Shown: positions 56,213-64,000 of the stretch, one piece after another
Layout of the letters: every line of letters begins with the position of its first letter
Numbering within the stretch: the stretch's first letter is position 1
IMG/VR virus record: IMGVR_UViG_2627854069_000003
DNA: 64,000 bases
Strand: one strand, 5' to 3'
DNA from: a virus
Taxonomy: Duplodnaviria; Heunggongvirae; Uroviricota; Caudoviricetes
Notes under the pieces: model-generated
Database searches by the model: none
Told to the model about the DNA's origin: nothing
The model's input: the letters and a program-made list of their open reading frames with translations, nothing else
Program-made: the position numbers and the translations under genes

Positions 56213-56240
56213 AGGGTGGCCAGTTCGGCACCCTCTTTTT
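56213..56240 (+). terminator. putative rho-independent terminator
   Basis: GGGTGGCC...GGCACCC stem then CTTTTTCTT. Confidence 0.35.
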
Positions 56241-56433
56241 CTTCCGCGGAGATTCAAGAGCGGACGCTCGGCGGTGGCGGTTGGGTCCCGCCACTCCCTC
56301 AAATTGATGCCAAGCACTCATGCAACGCTGCCTTATGCGAGCGCTGAGTGTCCGCCCTTGAACCCCCGCTTTGCTGGCACCTGTACGGGCCAGCATTTTT
56401 CCGAATTCCAATGATGCGCATGAGGGCCAAGCC

Positions 56434-57141
56434 ATGAAAGAACTGCAACAAGCCGTCTCCGCTGCCTTCTCGAACATCGTCGCGGCCGGCGCGATCGAGA
56501 AGGCGATCGAAGAAAAGTTGACGAAGACGATCACGTCGATCATCGACGAGGAACTTCGCTCGTACTCGACCTTCGGCGAGCAATTGAAAGAGCACGTCAA
56601 AGCCGCGCTGCAAGTCGATTTTCATAACCTTGGTCTGCCCGGATACAACGACCTCATTCTCAAGATCATCCGACAGCAGGTCGACGCGCAGTTGAATGCA
56701 ACGATCGAAACGCAGATCGAGCAGCAGATGAAGGAGCTGCTCGCACCCGCACCGGCAGAGATCAAGCTTTCGCAACTCGTCGAGGAATTCATCAAGGACG
56801 AGCACACCAATCGCCAATACCGCTCGTGTTCGTGCGACGAGTCGGATCAGATCACGCTGATTGTTCGCGAAGCGAGCGGCGGCAGCTTGAAGTTTCATCA
56901 CATCCACTTGGACACGGAGCGCGGTACCGACTACTACAGTTGCCCATACCAGATCGATGTCCACGACGGCCGCGTGTACAGCGTCCAACTCGACCGAAAG
57001 GACCCGAGCAAGACGCTGTTCGTCGGCCCCATGAATGGCTTCAAGCGCCGGCTGTTCCAGCTCTACGCCGCCGGCACAAAGCTGATCATCGACGGCGACG
57101 AGAACACCATCAACACGTACTACCCGGGGCGCGACTACTGA
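56434..57141 (+). CDS. hypothetical protein
   Basis: 235 aa MKELQQAVSAAFSNIVAAG... Confidence 0.5.
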   Translation: MKELQQAVSAAFSNIVAAGAIEKAIEEKLTKTITSIIDEELRSYSTFGEQLKEHVKAALQVDFHNLGLPGYNDLILKIIRQQVDAQLNATIETQIEQQMKELLAPAPAEIKLSQLVEEFIKDEHTNRQYRSCSCDESDQITLIVREASGGSLKFHHIHLDTERGTDYYSCPYQIDVHDGRVYSVQLDRKDPSKTLFVGPMNGFKRRLFQLYAAGTKLIIDGDENTINTYYPGRDY

Positions 57142-57155
57142 ACCGCGAGGCGAAA

Positions 57156-57941
57156 ATGACGAACAGAACAAATATTGTGAGTGTCGAATCGCTCGACACA
57201 TGCCCGCACGACTACGTGCGGACAGACTGCGTTTGCACCGAATGCGGAGGGCGAGCGCCCGCGAGAGTGCATCCGATAGACGCGGAACCGCGCGCAAACG
57301 GCATCGTGAACCTGACTCAGTACGCATTCGAGCTTGTCGGCGCCGTCGACAGGCTACCTGAATCGCCGCAGCGCGACGAGGTGTTGAAGCAGGCAAAGGC
57401 TCTTCGGCTCGATCTCGCAACCGCGACACCCGACTCGCTCTTCGACGGCTTCGTTTCGCTCGAAGGTCTGCGCGCCAAGCTGCTCGCACCGCGCGAGATC
57501 AAACGCGACGATCAGGGCTGGTTGACACATCCCGCACTTCCCCTCTGCGACGAGGATGTGCGCGTCGACAGGTTCTTCAAGGCGTTCGGCATCGAATCAG
57601 CATTCGTCAGCATGGAATCCGACGTCGACGCCGAGAGTTACGAGCAGTACCACGAACGCGCCGACGCCGATTGCAGCGCATGGACGCCGACGCCACCTGA
57701 TGGCGAAGGTTGGGCGTTGCTCGAGATCTATGACACCGAAGACGGCCCGCACGCGCTGTTTGCACGTGCAATTCCCCCCAAGGTGCGCCGCGATCGCACA
57801 CGGCATACAACGGAGCCGACCGGGCGCACACCCGCAGAACAAGCCGCATATCGGGCGGGGGTCGACGAAGGTAAGAGACAAATGGCTCTCGTCGTCCTGC
57901 AATCGCGCAAGCCGATCGACAGGCTAATGGAGGATCTTTGA
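57156..57941 (+). CDS. hypothetical protein (N-terminal Cys cluster)
   Basis: 261 aa ...CPHDYVRTDCVCTECGG. Confidence 0.5.
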   Translation: MTNRTNIVSVESLDTCPHDYVRTDCVCTECGGRAPARVHPIDAEPRANGIVNLTQYAFELVGAVDRLPESPQRDEVLKQAKALRLDLATATPDSLFDGFVSLEGLRAKLLAPREIKRDDQGWLTHPALPLCDEDVRVDRFFKAFGIESAFVSMESDVDAESYEQYHERADADCSAWTPTPPDGEGWALLEIYDTEDGPHALFARAIPPKVRRDRTRHTTEPTGRTPAEQAAYRAGVDEGKRQMALVVLQSRKPIDRLMEDL

Positions 57942-59713
57942 ACGTGACGAAGAAATCGACGGACGCAAGCACCGAGGTCCAGCGCGTTACTACAGCGACG
58001 CTGACGGATGAACAGCGAAGGTTGATCGAACGCGCAGAAGAACGCCTTCGCGGCCGCGGCTCTGAAGATGCAGTCGCGGCGAATGGGCTACTCGAAGTGC
58101 TGATTGCCCACCCTGCCCGCGCCGCCGCTGACGGAGCGTCGGCCGTTATTGCCGAACTCGCGAGCATGACGCGCATGTTTCATGCCGCCTGCCACGATCT
58201 TGGCCTCATCAATGAGGCACTCGGACTCGATCCGGACGACGGCGGAGCTGCGCCGATCCTCGCGGCGATCGGGGAACTGAAGACCCGCACCGTATCCCCT
58301 GTCGAGCAGCACGAAGCAGCGCCGGCCGACGTAACGTTGCCTTACGAAAATGCGCTGCATGAGCTGATTCGAAAGATCATGCCCGATCTGGATAGCGGCG
58401 ACATCCTAGCTGACGCGCAAACGGCCATCAGTGCAGTCGCTTGTCGCACGATGACCGATGCGCAGATTGACGCGACATGGGCAAATCTCGACGCGCGAGG
58501 CTCATCGCTCTATGAGCCGCATCAATGGGAAGTCGAGATGCGGCGGCGGTTCGCCCGCGCCATCATCGCTGCGACACCAGCACCCGCGCAGACCGAACCG
58601 CCAGCGGCGGACGAGCGGGCGACGCTCTCGCTCAATCCGCTGCAACTGCGCTGGATCAAGGATAACGTCCGCGATGCCTACGACACGGGCTATAACGATG
58701 CGCGTCGCAACAGCGCAGTAAGCGGGGATAGCGCGCCCGGTTATCGCGGCCGCGAGATTGAGAAAGCTAAGGGAGACGAACTGGCGGCGGCTCTTGAACG
58801 TGCAGCCCGCGCCTCGTCGCCCAATGCGGCAGACGAGCGGGCGGCGGAAGCGCGCGAGGACCACGAGTGCGTCTACGAGAACGGTGACGGTATCTGCCGC
58901 GAGTGCGCCGAGCTTGCGAAGCGCCCGAAGCCTTTCGGGTATGCGCGCGCGATCGACTATCGGATCACTGGACAGGAACCGGAGGATCACGAACTGTGCA
59001 GCGCGGATGCTCCCGGCGCGTTTGCCATCTACCGCGCCTCGTCGCCCAATGCGGCGGGGGCGCCATCAGGGGCGACCCCGGCCGGCTATGTGCTCGTGCC
59101 GATCGAGCCCACACCGGAAATGTGTTTGGCGATGCGAGAAGCGGTCGGCGCAGGCTGGGAGGATTCCCTTGTTTGGGCGGGCGGTGTAGCAGCTGCCCCG
59201 CAACCTCCCGCCCCGGCATCCGCCCCTGACGAAGAAGCCTTTGTGGTGAAGCGCCTTTCGGAATCGCTGGCTGACGTCTACACGACTCTCATTGGCGATG
59301 ACAAGGTGGACGTCGACGACAACCTTAACGCGATCCAGCGCGTCGAGAGGGCCGCTCAGGTGTTGCGCCTTGAACTCGAACTCTACCGTGCGCAGGCATC
59401 CGCTCCTGTCGTGCTAACGGACTCAGCGCGCGACGTTCTCGCCGAGCGCCGCCGACAGATCGAGCGGGAAGGCTGGACGCCTGCACGTGACGACCAATAC
59501 CGCGATCACGAATTGTCCTGCGCCGCAGGCTGCTATGCGATGTACACGCTCGCGTATCCGGCAGGCGATCCGCCGCCGGCGTGGCCGTGGGCCGCCGATT
59601 GGTGGAAGCCGACGACGCATCGTCGAAATCTCGTGAAGGCCGGCGCGCTGATCCTCGCCGAAATCGAGCGGCTCGACCGATCCGCCGCCCGCCCCCAAGG
59701 AAGCCAATCATGA
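57938..59713 (+). CDS. hypothetical phage protein (TTG/GTG start after GGAGG)
   Basis: 591 aa; overlaps upstream stop. Confidence 0.5.
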   Translation: MNVTKKSTDASTEVQRVTTATLTDEQRRLIERAEERLRGRGSEDAVAANGLLEVLIAHPARAAADGASAVIAELASMTRMFHAACHDLGLINEALGLDPDDGGAAPILAAIGELKTRTVSPVEQHEAAPADVTLPYENALHELIRKIMPDLDSGDILADAQTAISAVACRTMTDAQIDATWANLDARGSSLYEPHQWEVEMRRRFARAIIAATPAPAQTEPPAADERATLSLNPLQLRWIKDNVRDAYDTGYNDARRNSAVSGDSAPGYRGREIEKAKGDELAAALERAARASSPNAADERAAEAREDHECVYENGDGICRECAELAKRPKPFGYARAIDYRITGQEPEDHELCSADAPGAFAIYRASSPNAAGAPSGATPAGYVLVPIEPTPEMCLAMREAVGAGWEDSLVWAGGVAAAPQPPAPASAPDEEAFVVKRLSESLADVYTTLIGDDKVDVDDNLNAIQRVERAAQVLRLELELYRAQASAPVVLTDSARDVLAERRRQIEREGWTPARDDQYRDHELSCAAGCYAMYTLAYPAGDPPPAWPWAADWWKPTTHRRNLVKAGALILAEIERLDRSAARPQGSQS

Positions 59714-60660
59714 GTGAGAACAGCAAAATCGAATGGTGCGACCACACGTTCAACCCGTGGGAAGGCTGCCAGAAGGTCGGCCCGGGATGCGACCACTGCT
59801 ACGCGGAAGCGCGCAACACGCGTTTCGGTGGCGGCAAGCCCGTCAACTGGGGACCGGGCGCGCCGCGTCGCCGCACGTCGCCGGCGAACTGGCGCAAGCC
59901 GCTCGCATGGAATGCGGCGCACGACGAGTTCTTCTCCGCTCACGGGCGGCGCCAGCGTGTGTTCTGCGCGTCGCTCGCCGACGTGTTCGACAACGCCATC
60001 GATCCGGAGTGGCGCGTCGACCTGTTCAGGTTGATTGCCAAGACACCGAACCTCGATTGGCTGCTGCTGACGAAGCGCATCGGCAACGTCCCGGCGATGC
60101 TGCGCGAAACCGGAATCGACCGACTGCCGGACAACGTCTGGCTCGGCGCGACGATCGTCAATCAGGCTGACGCCGATCGCGATATTCCGAAGCTGCTCGC
60201 GATGCCCGCGCGAGTGCGTTTCTTGTCGATGGAGCCGCTGCTCGGGTCCGTGGAGTTGGCGTCGAGCGGGGCCCTCTGGTCGGACATGAACGGGAATATC
60301 GTCAACGCACCTTCGCGCGGGCTGCGGGGTGTCGACTGGGTCATCGTCGGCGGCGAAAGCGGCCCCGGCGCGCGGCCGATGCATCCAAATTGGGCGCGTG
60401 ATCTGCGCGGCCAGTGTGCGGACGCAGGCGTGCCATTCCTGTTCAAGCAATGGGGCGAATGGTGCCCGCGCGGTCCCGAAAGTATGGGCTACCCACTTTT
60501 CGACAACGTGCCGCGTCTGCGGATCACCGATGTCGGAGAAATCGGTCAGCAGCTCGGCGCGCGCGGCAGTAACGATTGCTGGATGCAACGCGCAGGCAAG
60601 CGCGCCGCCGGCCGCCTGCTCGACGGCCGCACACACGACGAATTCCCGGAGGCGCGATGA
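59710..60660 (+). CDS. phage Gp37/Gp68-family (DUF5131) protein
   Basis: MSENSKIEWCDHTFNPWEGCQKVGPGCDHCYAEA... characteristic N-terminus. Confidence 0.75.
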   Translation: MSENSKIEWCDHTFNPWEGCQKVGPGCDHCYAEARNTRFGGGKPVNWGPGAPRRRTSPANWRKPLAWNAAHDEFFSAHGRRQRVFCASLADVFDNAIDPEWRVDLFRLIAKTPNLDWLLLTKRIGNVPAMLRETGIDRLPDNVWLGATIVNQADADRDIPKLLAMPARVRFLSMEPLLGSVELASSGALWSDMNGNIVNAPSRGLRGVDWVIVGGESGPGARPMHPNWARDLRGQCADAGVPFLFKQWGEWCPRGPESMGYPLFDNVPRLRITDVGEIGQQLGARGSNDCWMQRAGKRAAGRLLDGRTHDEFPEAR

Positions 60661-61319
60661 AAGAACGTCCGATCCTTTTCAGCGGCCCGATGGTGCGCGC
60701 CATCCTCGACGGCCGAAAGACCCAAACGCGGCGCATCGTGAAGTGCCAACCACCTGATGACGTCGCACCAATCACCGTCGCGCGTTACAACCCGACGATC
60801 ATCGATCGGCACGGCGAGCAAGCGCCCGGCCTCGAGATCTTCGGCGCGTTCAGCGACGACGGTGAATGGGGATGCAAGTCGCCGTTCGGAGAGCCCGGCG
60901 ACCGGCTATGGGTGCGCGAAACGCACCTGAACTGGTGGAAACTCAATGAGGCGAATCCCGACGGCCCGCGCGAGTTTTCTCACGTCGCAGCATACGCGGC
61001 CGATGGATATGAGCTGCAGCCCGGCGAGACGTGGATTCCGTCGATCCACATGCTGCGCGCTGCCTCGCGCATCACGCTCGAGATTACCGGCGTGCGCGTC
61101 GAGCGGTTGCAGGACATCAGCGAGGTCGACGCAATTTCAGAGGGCATCGATAAGACTGCTGCGGGCTTCTGGAGCACGTACGGTCAGTGCGACGTCGATG
61201 GCACATACTCGCCCCGACTTTCTTACCAGTGCCTATGGAACAGCCTCAACGCCGCTCGCGGCTTCGGATGGGATGCCAATCCGTGGGTGTGGGTCGTCGA
61301 GTTCGCTAAGTCGGTCTAA
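60657..61319 (+). CDS. ASCH/PUA-like domain protein
   Basis: MKERPILFSGPMVRAILDGRKTQTRR typical ASCH N-terminus; ATGA overlap. Confidence 0.6.
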   Translation: MKERPILFSGPMVRAILDGRKTQTRRIVKCQPPDDVAPITVARYNPTIIDRHGEQAPGLEIFGAFSDDGEWGCKSPFGEPGDRLWVRETHLNWWKLNEANPDGPREFSHVAAYAADGYELQPGETWIPSIHMLRAASRITLEITGVRVERLQDISEVDAISEGIDKTAAGFWSTYGQCDVDGTYSPRLSYQCLWNSLNAARGFGWDANPWVWVVEFAKSV

Positions 61320-61321
61320 CG

Positions 61322-61651
61322 CTAGAGATCGCCTTCGTCGATCTGAATCACGAAGGGGTCAGGCACATCAACAGGGCCCAGCGGGTCGTACCGAACAATA
61401 CGCAATGCGACGATCTCACGTATACGCCTTTCGATTCTCGCCTGTTCCGTCGCATTGCCAGTTTCATGACGGTTGATCGCGTCAACATCGATCACGATTA
61501 CCATCGGCGCATTGCGCCGCAGCGCATCGTCTCGACCTGCAACCTGCCACCTAACGATAACGTGATTGCTTCGACTCCCTTCCAGAAACTCCACGTCCGA
61601 TGGAAAGTCGTCATGCAGTATGAAATCCAACCACTCCGACTCGCGAGACAT
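61322..61651 (-). CDS. hypothetical protein
   Basis: 109 aa. Confidence 0.35.
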   Translation of the reverse strand: MSRESEWLDFILHDDFPSDVEFLEGSRSNHVIVRWQVAGRDDALRRNAPMVIVIDVDAINRHETGNATEQARIERRIREIVALRIVRYDPLGPVDVPDPFVIQIDEGDL

Positions 61652-61699
61652 GTCGACCTCCTCGAAGAGGGATGGCTCAATCGTAGCAAAATGTTTAAA

Positions 61700-61972
61700 T
61701 CATGAAAGTGAATTATCGATGCGTCTCCGCGCCTCGTCCCGTCGGTATTCGATCGCCAGCTCACGCGTAATCGTTTTGCCGGCCGGTAGCATGCGAATCG
61801 GCGCCTCGAGAAACAGCACCTCGCCATCGCGTGTGCGAACAATCGACATGCCGACCAGCACGCGCGGGCCAAGAGTATCGCCCTCCCGCTCGGTTGCCTC
61901 GATTTCGACGTCGTAGCCACGGTATGTAAATCGCTTGAGCATGGCCTGCCTCAACCGTATCGCGCGAGCCAT
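61700..61972 (-). CDS. small hypothetical protein (paralogue of the next gene)
   Basis: TYRGYDVEIE versus TMRGYHVDCT. Confidence 0.3.
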   Translation of the reverse strand: MARAIRLRQAMLKRFTYRGYDVEIEATEREGDTLGPRVLVGMSIVRTRDGEVLFLEAPIRMLPAGKTITRELAIEYRRDEARRRIDNSLS

Positions 61973-62160
61973 TCAACAGCGAACGATCGCGCCCGCTCGA
62001 CGGCCGCCTCTTCGGTTTCGTGCTCCCCGAGATTCTTGAACGACGCTTCCGGGTTGTAGCCGATGTAGGTGAACGTCACCTGTGCGGCGAACTGACCGTC
62101 CTCGGTCACGCGCGGCGTGCAGTCGACGTGATAGCCGCGCATCGTGAATAAATGCTTCAT
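61951..62160 (-). CDS. small hypothetical protein
   Basis: 69 aa. Confidence 0.3.
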   Translation of the reverse strand: MKHLFTMRGYHVDCTPRVTEDGQFAAQVTFTYIGYNPEASFKNLGEHETEEAAVERARSFAVEWLARYG

Positions 62161-62241
62161 TTGAATCAGATCATAAAACGAACCGGGGCAATCGTAGCAC
62201 TCCCGGGTTTCATGAGTCTGATGGTGCGACGCGCGTGGGCG

Positions 62242-62478
62242 TCAGTGCTGGATTGAATTCACCGCGAGCCACACGCGGGACTCAGCCTCGCCCGTCAAGA
62301 CGCGTGCAAACGCTGCGCCGCACGTCGAGCACTCGTAATGCTCTTCTCGACATTCGCCTTGGAACACGCCTGCACCGACCATCACAACATGCTCGGACGT
62401 AACGGTCGACGGTTGCCCGTGCAGTTCGGCGCACTCGGCACACAGCTTGATCGTCTCGAACTCCACCACTATCCCCAT
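62242..62478 (-). CDS. zinc-ribbon small protein
   Basis: CAEC...CSTC pairs. Confidence 0.35.
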   Translation of the reverse strand: MGIVVEFETIKLCAECAELHGQPSTVTSEHVVMVGAGVFQGECREEHYECSTCGAAFARVLTGEAESRVWLAVNSIQH

Positions 62479-62627
62479 AAGTTTTGAAATCGAAATGCAA
62501 GGAATCCTAGCATGAGCAACAGCATGAAAACCGCCTGCTATCACGTGAAGCGGCAGCGCGCCACGCAGCCACTGAGACCTCGTCAATTCGACGGCCGTTC
62601 GCGAATCAGATTTCGTGAGACACGCCA

Positions 62628-62921
62628 ATGATCGCGGCCTTCGCATCCCGGTATGTCACCGTGCTCAAGTTCTGTGACATGACCGGCTATACGGAAGACG
62701 CGGTGAAATCCAAACGCCGCGATGGTGTGTGGCTAGAAGGACAACTGTGGATTAAGGCGCCGGACGGGCGCATTTTGATTGATATCGAGGGGTATGAAAG
62801 ATGGGTAGAAACGGCACGGGTGTCCGCGCCATTAGTGGCAGTTCGATCGAAGTCACCTTCACCTATAAGGGCGTCCGTTGTCGCGAGCGCATCCGCCTCG
62901 AGCCCACGCCCGCTAACCTAA
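62628..62921 (+). CDS. putative excisionase / DNA-binding protein (start 62628 or 62679)
   Basis: Small basic ORF directly upstream of and overlapping the integrase start. Confidence 0.4.
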   Translation: MIAAFASRYVTVLKFCDMTGYTEDAVKSKRRDGVWLEGQLWIKAPDGRILIDIEGYERWVETARVSAPLVAVRSKSPSPIRASVVASASASSPRPLT

Positions 62922-64000
62922 AAGCGGCTGCCAATTTTCTCGGTGCGGTTCGCACCGCCATCGCAAACGGAACTTTCGACTACCGAGTTTCCTTCCCGGA
63001 GTCAAAACGGATAGCGCAGTTCGTCGAGCGGCAAGGCGATGCCCTGATGGTCGGAGCGTTCCTAGACACGTGGCTTGAACGGCAGGAAGACGTTCTAGCG
63101 GCCAGCACGATCGAGGGTTACAAAAAAATCATCAAGGGGACTCTGAAACCTGCGTTCGGCCATCTTGTAATGTCGGACGTGCGTCGCTCCCACGTACGCG
63201 AATGGGCTTCGAAGCAGAAATTCGGCAATAAACGGATGACCAACGTGCTGTCGGTTTTCCGTGCGGCGCTCGCCGAGGCCGTGCAAGACGAGATCGTCGA
63301 GACAAACGTTCTGTACGGGTGGACGTATCAGCGAAACGACGCCCCGGGCCGAGACGACGATGTCGATCCCTTCACCGCGGAGGAACAGGCTGCGATTCTC
63401 GGCGCGATGGTCGGGCAAGAAAAAAATCTGTTCCAGTTTGCGTTTTGGACTGGCCTGCGGACATCCGAGTTGATCGCCCTTCAGTGGAGCGACGTTGATT
63501 GGGAACGCGGAATCGTTCGCGTGCAACGGGCACGGACGCGAGCTGCTCGCGTCGCTAAGAAGGTCGAGGACACGAAAACGCGCGGCAGCCGCCGCAACGT
63601 AAAGTTGCTTGAGCCCGCACTCGCCGCCCTTAACGACCAAAAACGATTCTCTTCGCTTCTCGGTGGCTCGATCTTCCTGAATCCTCGAACCGGCGAAGCG
63701 TGGAGCGGCGACAACGTGATCTGGCTAGCGTGGAACCGCGCCATTGAAAAATCGGCAGCGCGCTACCGTCGCCCTTACCAGACGCGGCACACCTACGCGA
63801 GTATGATGCTGTCGGCTGGCGAACCGCCGATGTGGGTCGCTAGCCAGATGGGCCATATCAGCCTAAAGATGATCGAGCAACGATACGGCCGATGGATCAA
63901 GGACGCGGCGCCCGATGCCGGAAGACGAGCTGAAGCCTTATTCGGCGGCGCTGTCGCGCGCGCTCGAAGGGCGACTGACGGGTCGGGGGGAAACGACTGA
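62801..64000 (+). CDS. tyrosine integrase (phage)
   Basis: MGRNGTGVRAISGSSIEVTFTYKGVRCRERI... typical N-terminus; C-terminal R..H..R..Y (YQTRHTYASMM...Y). Confidence 0.85.
   Translation: MGRNGTGVRAISGSSIEVTFTYKGVRCRERIRLEPTPANLKAAANFLGAVRTAIANGTFDYRVSFPESKRIAQFVERQGDALMVGAFLDTWLERQEDVLAASTIEGYKKIIKGTLKPAFGHLVMSDVRRSHVREWASKQKFGNKRMTNVLSVFRAALAEAVQDEIVETNVLYGWTYQRNDAPGRDDDVDPFTAEEQAAILGAMVGQEKNLFQFAFWTGLRTSELIALQWSDVDWERGIVRVQRARTRAARVAKKVEDTKTRGSRRNVKLLEPALAALNDQKRFSSLLGGSIFLNPRTGEAWSGDNVIWLAWNRAIEKSAARYRRPYQTRHTYASMMLSAGEPPMWVASQMGHISLKMIEQRYGRWIKDAAPDAGRRAEALFGGAVARARRATDGSGGND

Noticed and set aside
1-64000. CRISPR arrays / rRNA genes
   Set aside because: No regularly spaced short direct repeats and no rRNA-like conserved stretches seen anywhere in the window

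Overview
High-GC (about 65-68%) Burkholderia-type DNA carrying two mobile regions arranged in tandem.

**Left region (1..7600).** This is an insertion-sequence-rich island remnant. It holds an exact 1236-bp IS407 (IS3 family, orfA/orfB) abutting a second IS3-family element. Next to these is a GC-rich non-coding stretch packed with palindromes and iteron-like repeats. A few small hypothetical genes follow, then a large tyrosine integrase (5740..7596, minus strand). A 3' fragment of a tRNA-Ser gene, acting as an att-type direct repeat, lies at 7660..7700.

**Right region (7700..64000).** This is a lambda/HK97-like siphovirus prophage. Reading leftward on the minus strand, the structural genes run: HNH endonuclease, small terminase, large terminase, portal, prohead protease, HK97 major capsid, connector proteins, major tail, G/T chaperones with an A-AAA-AAG slippery site, tape measure, M, an inserted tail fibre with an S74 chaperone domain, L, K, I, J. 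These are followed by a P2-style lysis cassette (holin, SAR endolysin, Rz with embedded Rz1).

The early/immunity region holds:
- a Cro / CI-like pair with a repeated 13-bp operator motif, and a CII gene;
- a replication protein and DUF1064/DUF1364 proteins;
- a ParB-like nuclease plus PAPS-reductase-like pair;
- a Gp37/Gp68 plus ASCH pair;
- excisionase and integrase (62628..64000).

An IS256-family element with an 8-bp target duplication has inserted at 43477..44846.

**Cargo between the lysis cassette and the tRNA fragment.** This is the most interesting part of the window.
- A PAAR protein, PD-(D/E)XK nuclease toxin and immunity cassette that looks like a T6SS effector module.
- An SOS-associated peptidase gene and a low-GC two-gene operon (364-aa soluble protein plus 4-TM protein), each preceded by a CTGT-N8-ACAG LexA-type box. 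The two-gene operon does not match any system I recognise and is the best candidate for an undescribed SOS-induced defence or toxic module.

**Other AT-rich cargo genes.** These include a 672-aa protein with a C-terminal PD-(D/E)XK nuclease motif, a small Hjc-like nuclease, a secreted/membrane protein pair, a DUF4145 protein, an SPFH lipoprotein, and a RelE/ParE-family toxin–antitoxin pair (toxin upstream).

No CRISPR array or rRNA was seen.
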